A DNA stretch of 36,018 bases from an uncultured Methanomassiliicoccales archaeon (GTDB taxonomy: Archaea; Thermoplasmatota; Thermoplasmata; RBG-16-68-12; JAJISG01). The stretch is taken from the NCBI GenBank assembly GCA_964347795.1, contig CAYFZX010000007.1:1-36018 (forward strand), given 5' to 3'. This document shows, piece by piece, positions 24,948 through 32,048 of this stretch; position 1 is the stretch's first letter; every line of letters starts with the position of its first letter. The position numbers and the translations under genes were made by a program. Under the pieces are notes generated by a model, which was given only the letters and a program-made list of their open reading frames with translations, was not told where the DNA came from and did no database searches.

Positions 24948-25580
24948 ATGGAACTGCTCAAGGGAGTCCACGTCATCGAAACCATGGCCAACTGCGCCCT
25001 CCTGACCGACGACCGGTTGGTCCTCGTCGACACGAGCGCCGACGATAACGCTGCCGACATCCTGTCCTACCTGGGGCGGATCGGCTACAAGGCCTCCGAC
25101 ATTTCGAGTATCATCATCACCCACACCCATCCCGACCACGTCGGGGGCCTAGCGACCATGAAGGATAGAACGGCGGCGGAAGTAGCGGCCCATCGAATCG
25201 AAGCCGACTACATTTCCCGAAAGGTGCAATACCCCGGCCCTCCAGGACCTCAGCGTCACACTCCCTGTCCAGTGGACGTGTTGCTAGAGGATGGCGACCG
25301 GTACGAGGAGCTGCTGGTGATACACACGCCGGGTCATACCCCGGGAAACATAGCCCTTCTCGATGAGGCCCGAGACCTCCTCATCGCGGGAGACACGGTG
25401 AGGACCGAGACGGGGGAGGTAGGTCCCATGAGTGACGTGTACAACATCGACCCTGCGGAGCACAGGCACTCCATCAAGAAGGTGGCCGCCTATGAGTTCA
25501 AGGCCCTCATCGTCGGCCACGGCGGCCCTCTCCGGGAGGGCGCATCGGATAGAGTGAAGAAAACGGCCGCCTCGCTCTGA
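24948..25580 (+). CDS. MBL-fold metallo-hydrolase
   Basis: It has the THTHPDHVGG motif, plus a later HTPGHTPG and a C-terminal GHG. ATG 24948 is preferred over GTG 24936 because of its spacing from the weak TATA-like CTAATAG at 24914-24920. Confidence 0.83.
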   Translation: MELLKGVHVIETMANCALLTDDRLVLVDTSADDNAADILSYLGRIGYKASDISSIIITHTHPDHVGGLATMKDRTAAEVAAHRIEADYISRKVQYPGPPGPQRHTPCPVDVLLEDGDRYEELLVIHTPGHTPGNIALLDEARDLLIAGDTVRTETGEVGPMSDVYNIDPAEHRHSIKKVAAYEFKALIVGHGGPLREGASDRVKKTAASL

Positions 25581-25603
25581 GCCAGGGCGTCTCACGTTCA
25601 GCG

Positions 25604-27334
25604 TTAATCTGACACGAGGGGCAGCTCTAGGACGCTCGGGTGATCTTCGTCGTGGTGGAGCGTGATGTGCGCCGTCCGCGCATCCTTGCCAGATTCCTCC
25701 GCAACGATGCCACCGCTGTTGTAGTTCTTCTGCAGGAAGATGGAGTTGGGCGAGCGGACGAGGAGACGAAGACGACTCCCCTTGGACACCTTCCTCGAGA
25801 AGAACGTGAAGCCATCGAACTCATACATGCTGACCTCGCCCGGCACAACGAGGTCCTCCTGCCTCAAGGAACTTCTGTACCGGGCTCGGAGGATGTCCCT
25901 CGTGAGGTGAAGGTGAGAGCCGTCGGCCATCACCTCGGAGAGGGTGGCCATGAAGTCCGTATCTGGGACGTCCATGGAAATCCACAGCGCCAAGCGCCCG
26001 TACCCGGTGATCTCAACGTCCTCTGTGAAGGGAGCGCTGTGATAGACCACGCCGTTTCCAAAAAGGTTCAGGGCATACCGCTGGTCGGTCAGATATTTCT
26101 CCACGTGCTCGCGTTCTAACTCTGCCGGTCGGACCTCCAACGGATCGTACACATAGGTGTCTGGCTGAGAATCCTTGGGAGGCTCCTCCTCCAGCCCACC
26201 GGACCGGAAGACGTCGTTGGCTCGACCATTTTCAGAGTCTAGGTAGAGGAGCAGGGTGTCTTCTGAGATGGCGTCGAGACTGCCTGCGTACTTCCACTCC
26301 TCCGCACCGGTGACGTAGTATGCCACCCGCTCCTTGAGAAACTCCGGCCTGTCCCCCTCCTGTGTGGTCCAGTCGTACCACTCCTTGTGCAGCTTGTTAA
26401 GGTCGACGATGCTTGCCTCGCCGAACTTCATACCCCCGAACTCTCGATTGGGAGTCCTGGTTCCCGCGTGATCCCAAGGGCCCATGACTAGGTAGTGGCG
26501 TTTTCGAGCCTTGGCAGACCCATGCTCCATGTGCATCCGATAGTAGTGCATCGCGCCTGGCTGGCCTCCATCGTAATGGCCGGTGATGGTCAGGATTGGG
26601 ATGTTGATTCTCCGGTACTCCTCCGGCGAAAAGGACATCGAGTCCCAATACTCATCAGGCGTGGGGTGCTCCATCCAGGTCTGGAAAACCGTCGAGGTGT
26701 TACCCACGACCCTGCCGAGCTCTCGGAAGGGCAGGTGGTCGAGGTAGAGTTCACGAAACTTGTCGATCCAGAAGCCTTCCTCCTCGAAGAGGTTCACGTT
26801 CGGCGTGAGGCCGCTGGTGAGTGTGAGCCAGCGAATCTCGTAGGGCATGAGGATGTTCTCTCGGAAAGGGAAGTCCACCGCGGCGTGAGCCGAGGCGGCG
26901 GGTGCAATGGTCCTCAAATGAGGAGGAAACTCCTTCAGTGTCATCCACTGATCGAAGCCGGCATAGGAGCCGCCCCACATTGTCACCGACCCGTTACACC
27001 ACGGTTGCTCGGCCAGCCACTCCACGATGTCGTGGCCGTCCCGACCCTCGTTCACAAAGGGCTCGAACTCGCCCTGAGAGTTCCCTCGGCCTCGACAGTC
27101 TATTAAGAGGAAGGCGTAGCCGTGCTGGGCGAAGTAGAATCCCCGCTCGTGGTAGGTATCGGCAATGTATGGCGTCAGTGTGAACACCGCAGGAGTGGGC
27201 TTCTCCTCACGAGGCTTGTACAGCGTGGCATTCAGGAGAGTTCCATCGCGCAAGGGGATCCTCATGCCCCAGGAGAGGCTGATCTCCTCGCGCTCCCCCT
27301 CCTTCGACTCCTTCCCCGCGTCAACCTTCGTCAT
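25604..27334 (-). CDS. CocE/NonD-family (S15 X-Pro dipeptidyl-peptidase-like) alpha/beta hydrolase
   Basis: The N-terminal alpha/beta domain carries the nucleophile elbow GGSYAG. The long C-terminal beta domain and about 575-aa size also fit. An alternative TTG start at 27358 overlaps the upstream stop (TTGA). Confidence 0.83.
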   Translation of the reverse strand: MTKVDAGKESKEGEREEISLSWGMRIPLRDGTLLNATLYKPREEKPTPAVFTLTPYIADTYHERGFYFAQHGYAFLLIDCRGRGNSQGEFEPFVNEGRDGHDIVEWLAEQPWCNGSVTMWGGSYAGFDQWMTLKEFPPHLRTIAPAASAHAAVDFPFRENILMPYEIRWLTLTSGLTPNVNLFEEEGFWIDKFRELYLDHLPFRELGRVVGNTSTVFQTWMEHPTPDEYWDSMSFSPEEYRRINIPILTITGHYDGGQPGAMHYYRMHMEHGSAKARKRHYLVMGPWDHAGTRTPNREFGGMKFGEASIVDLNKLHKEWYDWTTQEGDRPEFLKERVAYYVTGAEEWKYAGSLDAISEDTLLLYLDSENGRANDVFRSGGLEEEPPKDSQPDTYVYDPLEVRPAELEREHVEKYLTDQRYALNLFGNGVVYHSAPFTEDVEITGYGRLALWISMDVPDTDFMATLSEVMADGSHLHLTRDILRARYRSSLRQEDLVVPGEVSMYEFDGFTFFSRKVSKGSRLRLLVRSPNSIFLQKNYNSGGIVAEESGKDARTAHITLHHDEDHPSVLELPLVSD

Positions 27335-27354
27335 GGGATAACCCCGGTTGCCTC

Positions 27355-27685
27355 TCAACCGTCCTCCGCGGTGAGAACGAGGTCGTTGTCAATCGCTTCG
27401 GGATTGATTCCCACTAGGTGCCATTCAATCAGGGTCGGTTCGTAGACTCCCACCTGGACTAGTGGGTCTCGATTGACAACAGCCCGGGCCTCCTCCAAGG
27501 ACTCGCAGTAAAGGAGGTAAGCGGCTCCAAAGGGGCCCGCTGTCTCACTCCAATCCCCGCCGAGGAGGACGCGGTTCTGACGGATCAGGTCATCGATGAA
27601 GGGTTCGTGTCGCTCATCCGCCTTCGGTGGCCCAGGATGCTCGGAAGAGCGCTTCAGCAAGACGAGTACGTAGATCAGGTCTCAT
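27355..27685 (-). CDS. YciI-like protein with an apparent +1 frame disruption immediately after the ATG
   Basis: The conserved YciI-like body is (DLIYVLVLL)KRSS..H..FIDDL...GP......YLLYCESLEEARAVVNRDP....GVY....EW. The upstream in-frame codons encode the expected first beta-strand but begin at a TGA. ATG 27685 overlaps that TGA (ATGA), and a TATA-like element lies 29-35 nt upstream of it. Confidence 0.62.
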
Positions 27686-27739
27686 CCCACCGTCCCGAGG
27701 ATATCATAGGGCCCCTTAATGCTGCCTCATCTGGGAAAC

Positions 27740-28570
27740 TCACTCGCTAGACGCCTCGGATGGATGATCGATGTGGGTGTCTCGACTTCGTTGCCTTCTT
27801 CTCTCTGGAACGACGTAGGTTGACCATTCCACCTCCTCGAACCCCACCTTCTTCGCGACTCCTAGAGAGGCCAAGTTCGTCTCCCCAGTGCTCCAGATTG
27901 GCGTCAGACCTCTCTGTTGCACCTTCTCCGCTACCATGGAGAGTCCCGTGGCCGCGTACCCGCGACGGCGACACGGCTCGAGCGTGTGACCACCAACATC
28001 CCCGAATCGCCGCGTTAGGGCACTCATCTGGATGACCGACACGAGCTCGCTATCAATGACTGCTCCGGCGGCGAACCCCTCACGCAATAGGGTTTCTGTG
28101 TCTTCAAAACCCGCGGCTCTCAACGCTTCGTCTGACCTGTCCCACATGGGCGCGTCCTCCACCGACAGGAGACGAACGTCCGGGTGACGGAACCGAATCG
28201 CCGGGCGGTTCAGCTGCAGGTCGACCGCTCGGGGATATCGCACAGGCCGACCGGTCTCGTGCTCCACCAGGGGGCCGAGGGTGGACGCACAAGAGTTGGA
28301 AACGCACACGCAATCCCAACCCCTCACCGTCTGAAGGAGTCTCCACATCGCCTCGGCGTCCTCGCCGAATCCTGTTAGTTCCGTAGGCATGAAGTCATAT
28401 TGCATCACCACCGCCTCAAACTGGTCAGGGCGGCCAGCCAAGAAGGCCTTGCATAGCCCGCGCCTCAGCTGGTGAACGGCGACCGTCGTCCCCGGGGATT
28501 CCCCCAGGGCGTCGGCGAGACGAGGGTAGTCTTCCTTTTCAACCTGGTAGCGGCTCAAGGTTGGTCTCAC
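27740..28570 (-). CDS. GNAT-family N-acetyltransferase with an N-terminal accessory domain
   Basis: The C-terminal half contains a candidate acetyl-CoA binding motif (RRRGYAATG). The strong SD-like GGTGGAGGTG sits immediately upstream of GTG 28570. Confidence 0.68.
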   Translation of the reverse strand: MRPTLSRYQVEKEDYPRLADALGESPGTTVAVHQLRRGLCKAFLAGRPDQFEAVVMQYDFMPTELTGFGEDAEAMWRLLQTVRGWDCVCVSNSCASTLGPLVEHETGRPVRYPRAVDLQLNRPAIRFRHPDVRLLSVEDAPMWDRSDEALRAAGFEDTETLLREGFAAGAVIDSELVSVIQMSALTRRFGDVGGHTLEPCRRRGYAATGLSMVAEKVQQRGLTPIWSTGETNLASLGVAKKVGFEEVEWSTYVVPERRRQRSRDTHIDHPSEASSE

Positions 28571-28797
28571 CCACCTCCACCCTTCACGTCACGATCCCGT
28601 CACATCGCTTCTCGATACTCAGGTTCATGTCGACTATACAAGGGTTGCGAATGACTCGGTCGCGCCCTTGGCTTGCGAGATCCTGGGGTTCGCCGTGCGG
28701 GGAGGAGAGAGCACAACGCAGGCATGGGTCTAATCTGACCCATATCGCGCGCCACCCTGCCGGCTGTGGTTTCGTAGAGCAAGGTCTCTCGGGAAAG

Positions 28798-28805
28798 CTT
28801 AAATA
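28798..28805 (+). promoter_or_regulatory. TATA-like box (CTTAAATA) for the RHH gene
   Basis: It lies about 67-74 nt upstream of ATG 28872, which predicts a TSS near 28828-28832. Confidence 0.45.
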
Positions 28806-28817
28806 GACCAGAGTTCA

Positions 28818-28835
28818 TCAGACAATTGTCAGACA
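28818..28835 (+). promoter_or_regulatory. Candidate operator: direct repeat TCAGACA-ATTG-TCAGACA containing the perfect 10-nt palindrome GACAATTGTC
   Basis: TCAGACA occurs at 28818-28824 and 28829-28835, 11 nt (one helical turn) apart. The palindrome spans 28821-28830. The element lies just downstream of the TATA-like box and upstream of the RHH gene. Confidence 0.45.
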
Positions 28836-28871
28836 AAACCTGCAGAACCGTCGGACACAAGTGAACCCAGT

Positions 28872-29189
28872 ATGGCACCGGAGACAGACAGAGTCACTGT
28901 GAGGTTGCCCATTCGAAGCCTAGAGCAATTGCAGACCCTCGTCAGCCGGGGCGAATACGACACCATCTCCGGTGCCATCAGAACCGCCATCGAAAGCTTC
29001 CTCCACGAGAAGTTTCCTCCGGAGTATGTCGAGAGAGTCAGTGTAGACCTACCCCGGGGCAAGGTGGTAGAACTCCAACAACTCATCCGGGAGGGAGACT
29101 CCGTCTCCATCGAGGACGCCATCAGAAACGCGGTGCGCGAGTACGTCAGGACGGCCATCAATAGGACCGAAGGCACTGAGACTGGCTGA
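28872..29189 (+). CDS. Ribbon-helix-helix (CopG/Arc/MetJ-type) DNA-binding protein with two tandem RHH modules
   Basis: The two internal repeats are RVTVRLPIRSLEQLQTLVSRGEYDTISGAIRTAIESFL and RVSVDLPRGKVVELQQLIREGDSVSIEDAIRNAVREYV. Confidence 0.8.
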   Translation: MAPETDRVTVRLPIRSLEQLQTLVSRGEYDTISGAIRTAIESFLHEKFPPEYVERVSVDLPRGKVVELQQLIREGDSVSIEDAIRNAVREYVRTAINRTEGTETG

Positions 29190-29220
29190 ACGCCTCCCTG
29201 CTCACGATGACTCCTCCCCC

Positions 29221-29232
29221 TTTTTTTCTTTT
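29221..29232 (+). terminator. Oligo-T tract (TTTTTTTCTTTT), a likely archaeal intrinsic terminator for the RHH gene
   Basis: The T7-C-T4 run lies 32 nt after the RHH stop, between convergent genes. Confidence 0.5.
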
Positions 29233-29244
29233 CCTAGCAAGAAG

Positions 29245-31080
29245 TCAAAAGTCCGGTCGCTGGGTCACCATCTGGGGGTAGTACATGGGTCGGTATGGCA
29301 TAGCGGCGGTCCTCTCATCGATCTCCTCAGCCAGTTCTTCAAGGGGCATCTCTCGATCCTCGTCCCTTTCCCTGTCGTAGACCTTCAGCGTCGAAGCCTC
29401 CTTCTCCCGCTCGCCGATGACAATCACGTACCCCACCCAATCCTGCTTCGCCTCCCTGACCTTTCGGGCCACCGTTTCGCTGCGATCATCGATTCCGACC
29501 CGGATTCTGCCCCTCAGTCGTTCGGCAATTTCCCTCGCCTTCTCGACGTGAATATCCGCCACGGGGAGGAGCCTCACTTGCTCCGGGTTCAGCCAGAGTG
29601 GCAGGGTACCGACGTGGCCGTCCTTCTCCGCCAAGACCGCCGAGTCGAGGACCATGTAGAGGTAGCGCTCCACGCTCCCGAGGATCGCGGTGTGTAGGAT
29701 AATGGGGAATCGCCTCTTCCCCTTCTCGTCGGCGTAGGTGATGTCGAAACGCTCCGCGTTGCCGATGTCAATCTGGACCGTGGCGATCTCCCGGGCGCGC
29801 TTCTCCGCATCGGCGATGAGGTACTCCACGTTGACGGTCCAGTAGAAGTTCTGGCCCTCGGGGTAGATGTTGATCAGGCCCTCCTTCTTCTCCCGCTTCA
29901 GCATCTCCAGGATGAGGTCCCTGTTCTCCTCGTACGCCTTACGGGTGGAGCAATTGATCAGCAGTTCGTAGTCCCGGCCGACCTTGGCCGCTTCCTCCGA
30001 GACGCGGTGGTGGAGCTTCATGAACCAGTCGGAGGCCTCGTCCAGATCTCGACAGAGCACGTGGAGATCGGGCATATTGAGCCTCCGTAGACGGAACAGG
30101 AGGCTCGTCTCGCCAGACTGCTCGAGCCTGTAGGCGTCCGCCACCTCGAAGGCGCCGAAGGGGAGCTGCTTGTAGCTGATGGTCCAGTCGCTCAGGTTGC
30201 TGAACTGCTGGTGACAGGCGGCGTACCGCAGGACGAAGCTTCGCTTCCCCGTCTCCACGGTGTACAGGCGGTCGCCGTAGAGGTCCGCGTGCTCCGCCAC
30301 GGCCCTCTCCGAGAGGTTGAACATGTTGGTCCCTCGGAGGGGATAGACCTGCAGGCCCAGGTCGCGGACTACGTGATGGGAGTAGTCTGACACCAGGTCG
30401 AACATCAAGCTGCCCTTGGGGTCGTATCGCATGTGGCCCGCGTCGCTCCGGGACTCCCACTTGAATCCGAACTTCCTGCACAGGCGATGGTAGGCGGGTT
30501 CTCCCAGGGACGGGTACTCCTGCTTCAGGGCCTCCTTCTGGACCATGACATTGAAGGACTCCCGCTTACCCTGGTACTCCTCCGGGCGGTGTTCGTTTCC
30601 TTCGACGGTTAGAATGAGAAACTCGTGCTCCTTCTCCACCTCGGGAACGGCCTCGACTTCCAGGGTCACCTCACGGGAGAGTTCCGACAGGGGATGGCCC
30701 TTGCATGCAATGTCGAAGGCCTTGTACCAGCCGAAGGGGGAGCGGTGGACCTCGAGCCCCCGCTTCTTCACCTCCCTCTCCAAGGCGAGAATGATTTCCT
30801 GAGCCTTGGTCGGGTGGGCGAGGGAAGGGCTGAGGTGGGCGTAGGGATAGAGGAGTATCCTCTTCTCCTTCACCTGGGTTGCCACGTCCTGAACCTCATC
30901 GGCGGCCCTTGACGCGATGCGGGAGACGTCGGCCTCGTCAGCTTCCTCAGCGCACACGAAGCATACCAAGACGTCCTTGAACTCGGCCCTCAGTTGCTCT
31001 TCGGACGCCTCTTCGGCGAACTTCGTCTTCTCCCGGGCCTCGTACTCCATTCGATCGGCATGAATGAAGAGGATCCGCAT
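29245..31080 (-). CDS. thrS: Threonyl-tRNA synthetase, archaeal type with an N-terminal editing domain
   Basis: I re-set the start to ATG 31080 (MRILFIHADRMEYEAREK...). This N-terminus is typical of the archaeal ThrRS editing domain. A class II core and a C-terminal anticodon-binding domain follow. An AT-rich ATTAATAATT at 31106-31115 lies 26-35 nt upstream. Confidence 0.92.
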   Translation of the reverse strand: MRILFIHADRMEYEAREKTKFAEEASEEQLRAEFKDVLVCFVCAEEADEADVSRIASRAADEVQDVATQVKEKRILLYPYAHLSPSLAHPTKAQEIILALEREVKKRGLEVHRSPFGWYKAFDIACKGHPLSELSREVTLEVEAVPEVEKEHEFLILTVEGNEHRPEEYQGKRESFNVMVQKEALKQEYPSLGEPAYHRLCRKFGFKWESRSDAGHMRYDPKGSLMFDLVSDYSHHVVRDLGLQVYPLRGTNMFNLSERAVAEHADLYGDRLYTVETGKRSFVLRYAACHQQFSNLSDWTISYKQLPFGAFEVADAYRLEQSGETSLLFRLRRLNMPDLHVLCRDLDEASDWFMKLHHRVSEEAAKVGRDYELLINCSTRKAYEENRDLILEMLKREKKEGLINIYPEGQNFYWTVNVEYLIADAEKRAREIATVQIDIGNAERFDITYADEKGKRRFPIILHTAILGSVERYLYMVLDSAVLAEKDGHVGTLPLWLNPEQVRLLPVADIHVEKAREIAERLRGRIRVGIDDRSETVARKVREAKQDWVGYVIVIGEREKEASTLKVYDRERDEDREMPLEELAEEIDERTAAMPYRPMYYPQMVTQRPDF

Positions 31081-31105
31081 CTGGCTGCCGAAGGTCCCGA
31101 ATCGT

Positions 31106-31115
31106 ATTAATAATT
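31106..31115. promoter_or_regulatory. AT-rich element (ATTAATAATT) in the divergent thrS/VOC intergenic region, a candidate TATA for thrS
   Basis: The intergenic region is 88 nt. A second TATA-like TTATAC (31140-31145) lies 24-29 nt upstream of the VOC ATG at 31169. Confidence 0.45.
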
Positions 31116-31168
31116 CCTTGGTCAGGAAGTCAACAAGTGTTATACTCCCTGGTCGGGTTGGGAATCCC

Positions 31169-31522
31169 ATGATTACGCGGATTGGGGACGTCGCTGTAGT
31201 GGTCTCCGACGCCAGAAAGTCGGCGGACTGGTACCGAGAGAAGATGGGACTCGAGGTCGGTGGAGAGGCGGAGGGTCACTGGGTCGTTGTCCACCCACCG
31301 GGTGAGGGAGGGGGGACGCACCTGCACCTCTGTGCAGACATCTACCCGCTGGAGCCAGGAAACACAGGCATCGGTCTCATGGTGGACAACCTGGACGAAA
31401 CCTACGCGGAACTGAAGGAGAGGGGAGTGGAGTTTGCGGTTGAACCCCGCCAGGAGGAGTGGGGCACCTACGCCATGCTCAAAGACCCCGATGGAAACGA
31501 GTTCTGGCTCTTCGAGGAGTGA
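31169..31522 (+). CDS. VOC-family (glyoxalase/bleomycin-resistance/dioxygenase) protein
   Basis: I re-set the start to ATG 31169 (MITRIGDVAVVVSD...). The 117-aa length is typical of a single VOC module, and the protein ends ...DPDGNEFWLFEE. A T5 tract at 31541-31545 follows the stop. Confidence 0.83.
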   Translation: MITRIGDVAVVVSDARKSADWYREKMGLEVGGEAEGHWVVVHPPGEGGGTHLHLCADIYPLEPGNTGIGLMVDNLDETYAELKERGVEFAVEPRQEEWGTYAMLKDPDGNEFWLFEE

Positions 31523-31570
31523 GGCATCGACCCCTCTGCCTTTTTATTCCTCCGTCGAGTTCGAAGGACG

Positions 31571-31930
31571 GTGCCTAAGGAGAAGCTCTTCACGACGCAT
31601 GCCTCAAAGGCAGGGGATACCTTCGTTGAGGCAGAGGGAGGCTACCAATGCGAGTCGTGTGAGCATCTCGAGGTGGGAGAGGCTGAGATGAGGGCTCATG
31701 TGTACGAGAAGCACGGCCATGGGCCCGGTGCCCTCGTGGTGGATGAGTACATCCGGGATGAAGCGAACCCGCGGAACAGGCTTCGGTTCCGGTGTAAGCT
31801 CTGTTGGCATCCGACGCCGAGCTATTCTCAGATGCTCTTTCACCTAAGGAGAGCCCACGACATTCGGCCCGCCCCGTGGGAGACCTCTTCGTCCTTGTCC
31901 TGCAGGTTCTACGACCTTCTGGGGGAGTAG
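31571..31930 (+). CDS. Small protein with two C2H2-type zinc-finger motifs
   Basis: YQCESCEHLEVGEAEMRAHVYEKH and FRCKLCWHPTPSYSQMLFHLRRAH both have C-x2-C-x12-H-x4-H spacing. It uses a GTG start. Confidence 0.62.
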   Translation: MPKEKLFTTHASKAGDTFVEAEGGYQCESCEHLEVGEAEMRAHVYEKHGHGPGALVVDEYIRDEANPRNRLRFRCKLCWHPTPSYSQMLFHLRRAHDIRPAPWETSSSLSCRFYDLLGE

Positions 31931-32048
31931 GCACGATTGAGCTTGCACTGGTTCGGCATGTCTCGGCTTGCCAGGAGTCGGCAGTTCGTAGACCCGCAGG
32001 CGGCAGGGCTGGCCAGAGGATTTAAGCAAGCACTCGCATGGCCTAGTC

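Noticed and set aside
28811-28835. C/D-box sRNA-like elements on the minus strand (CUGAUGA and CUGA within TGTCTGACAATTGTCTGATGA)
   Set aside because: The boxes are only 4-11 nt apart. There is no terminal C/D pair, no kink-turn-compatible arrangement and no guide-length spacers. The element is better explained as a repeat or palindromic operator.
31081-31170. N-terminal extensions of the thrS ORF (to 31170) and the VOC ORF (from 31064), which would overlap each other
   Set aside because: Both conserved N-termini begin at internal ATGs (31080 and 31169). Each has a TATA-like element about 25-30 nt upstream. The extensions would run through the shared promoter region.
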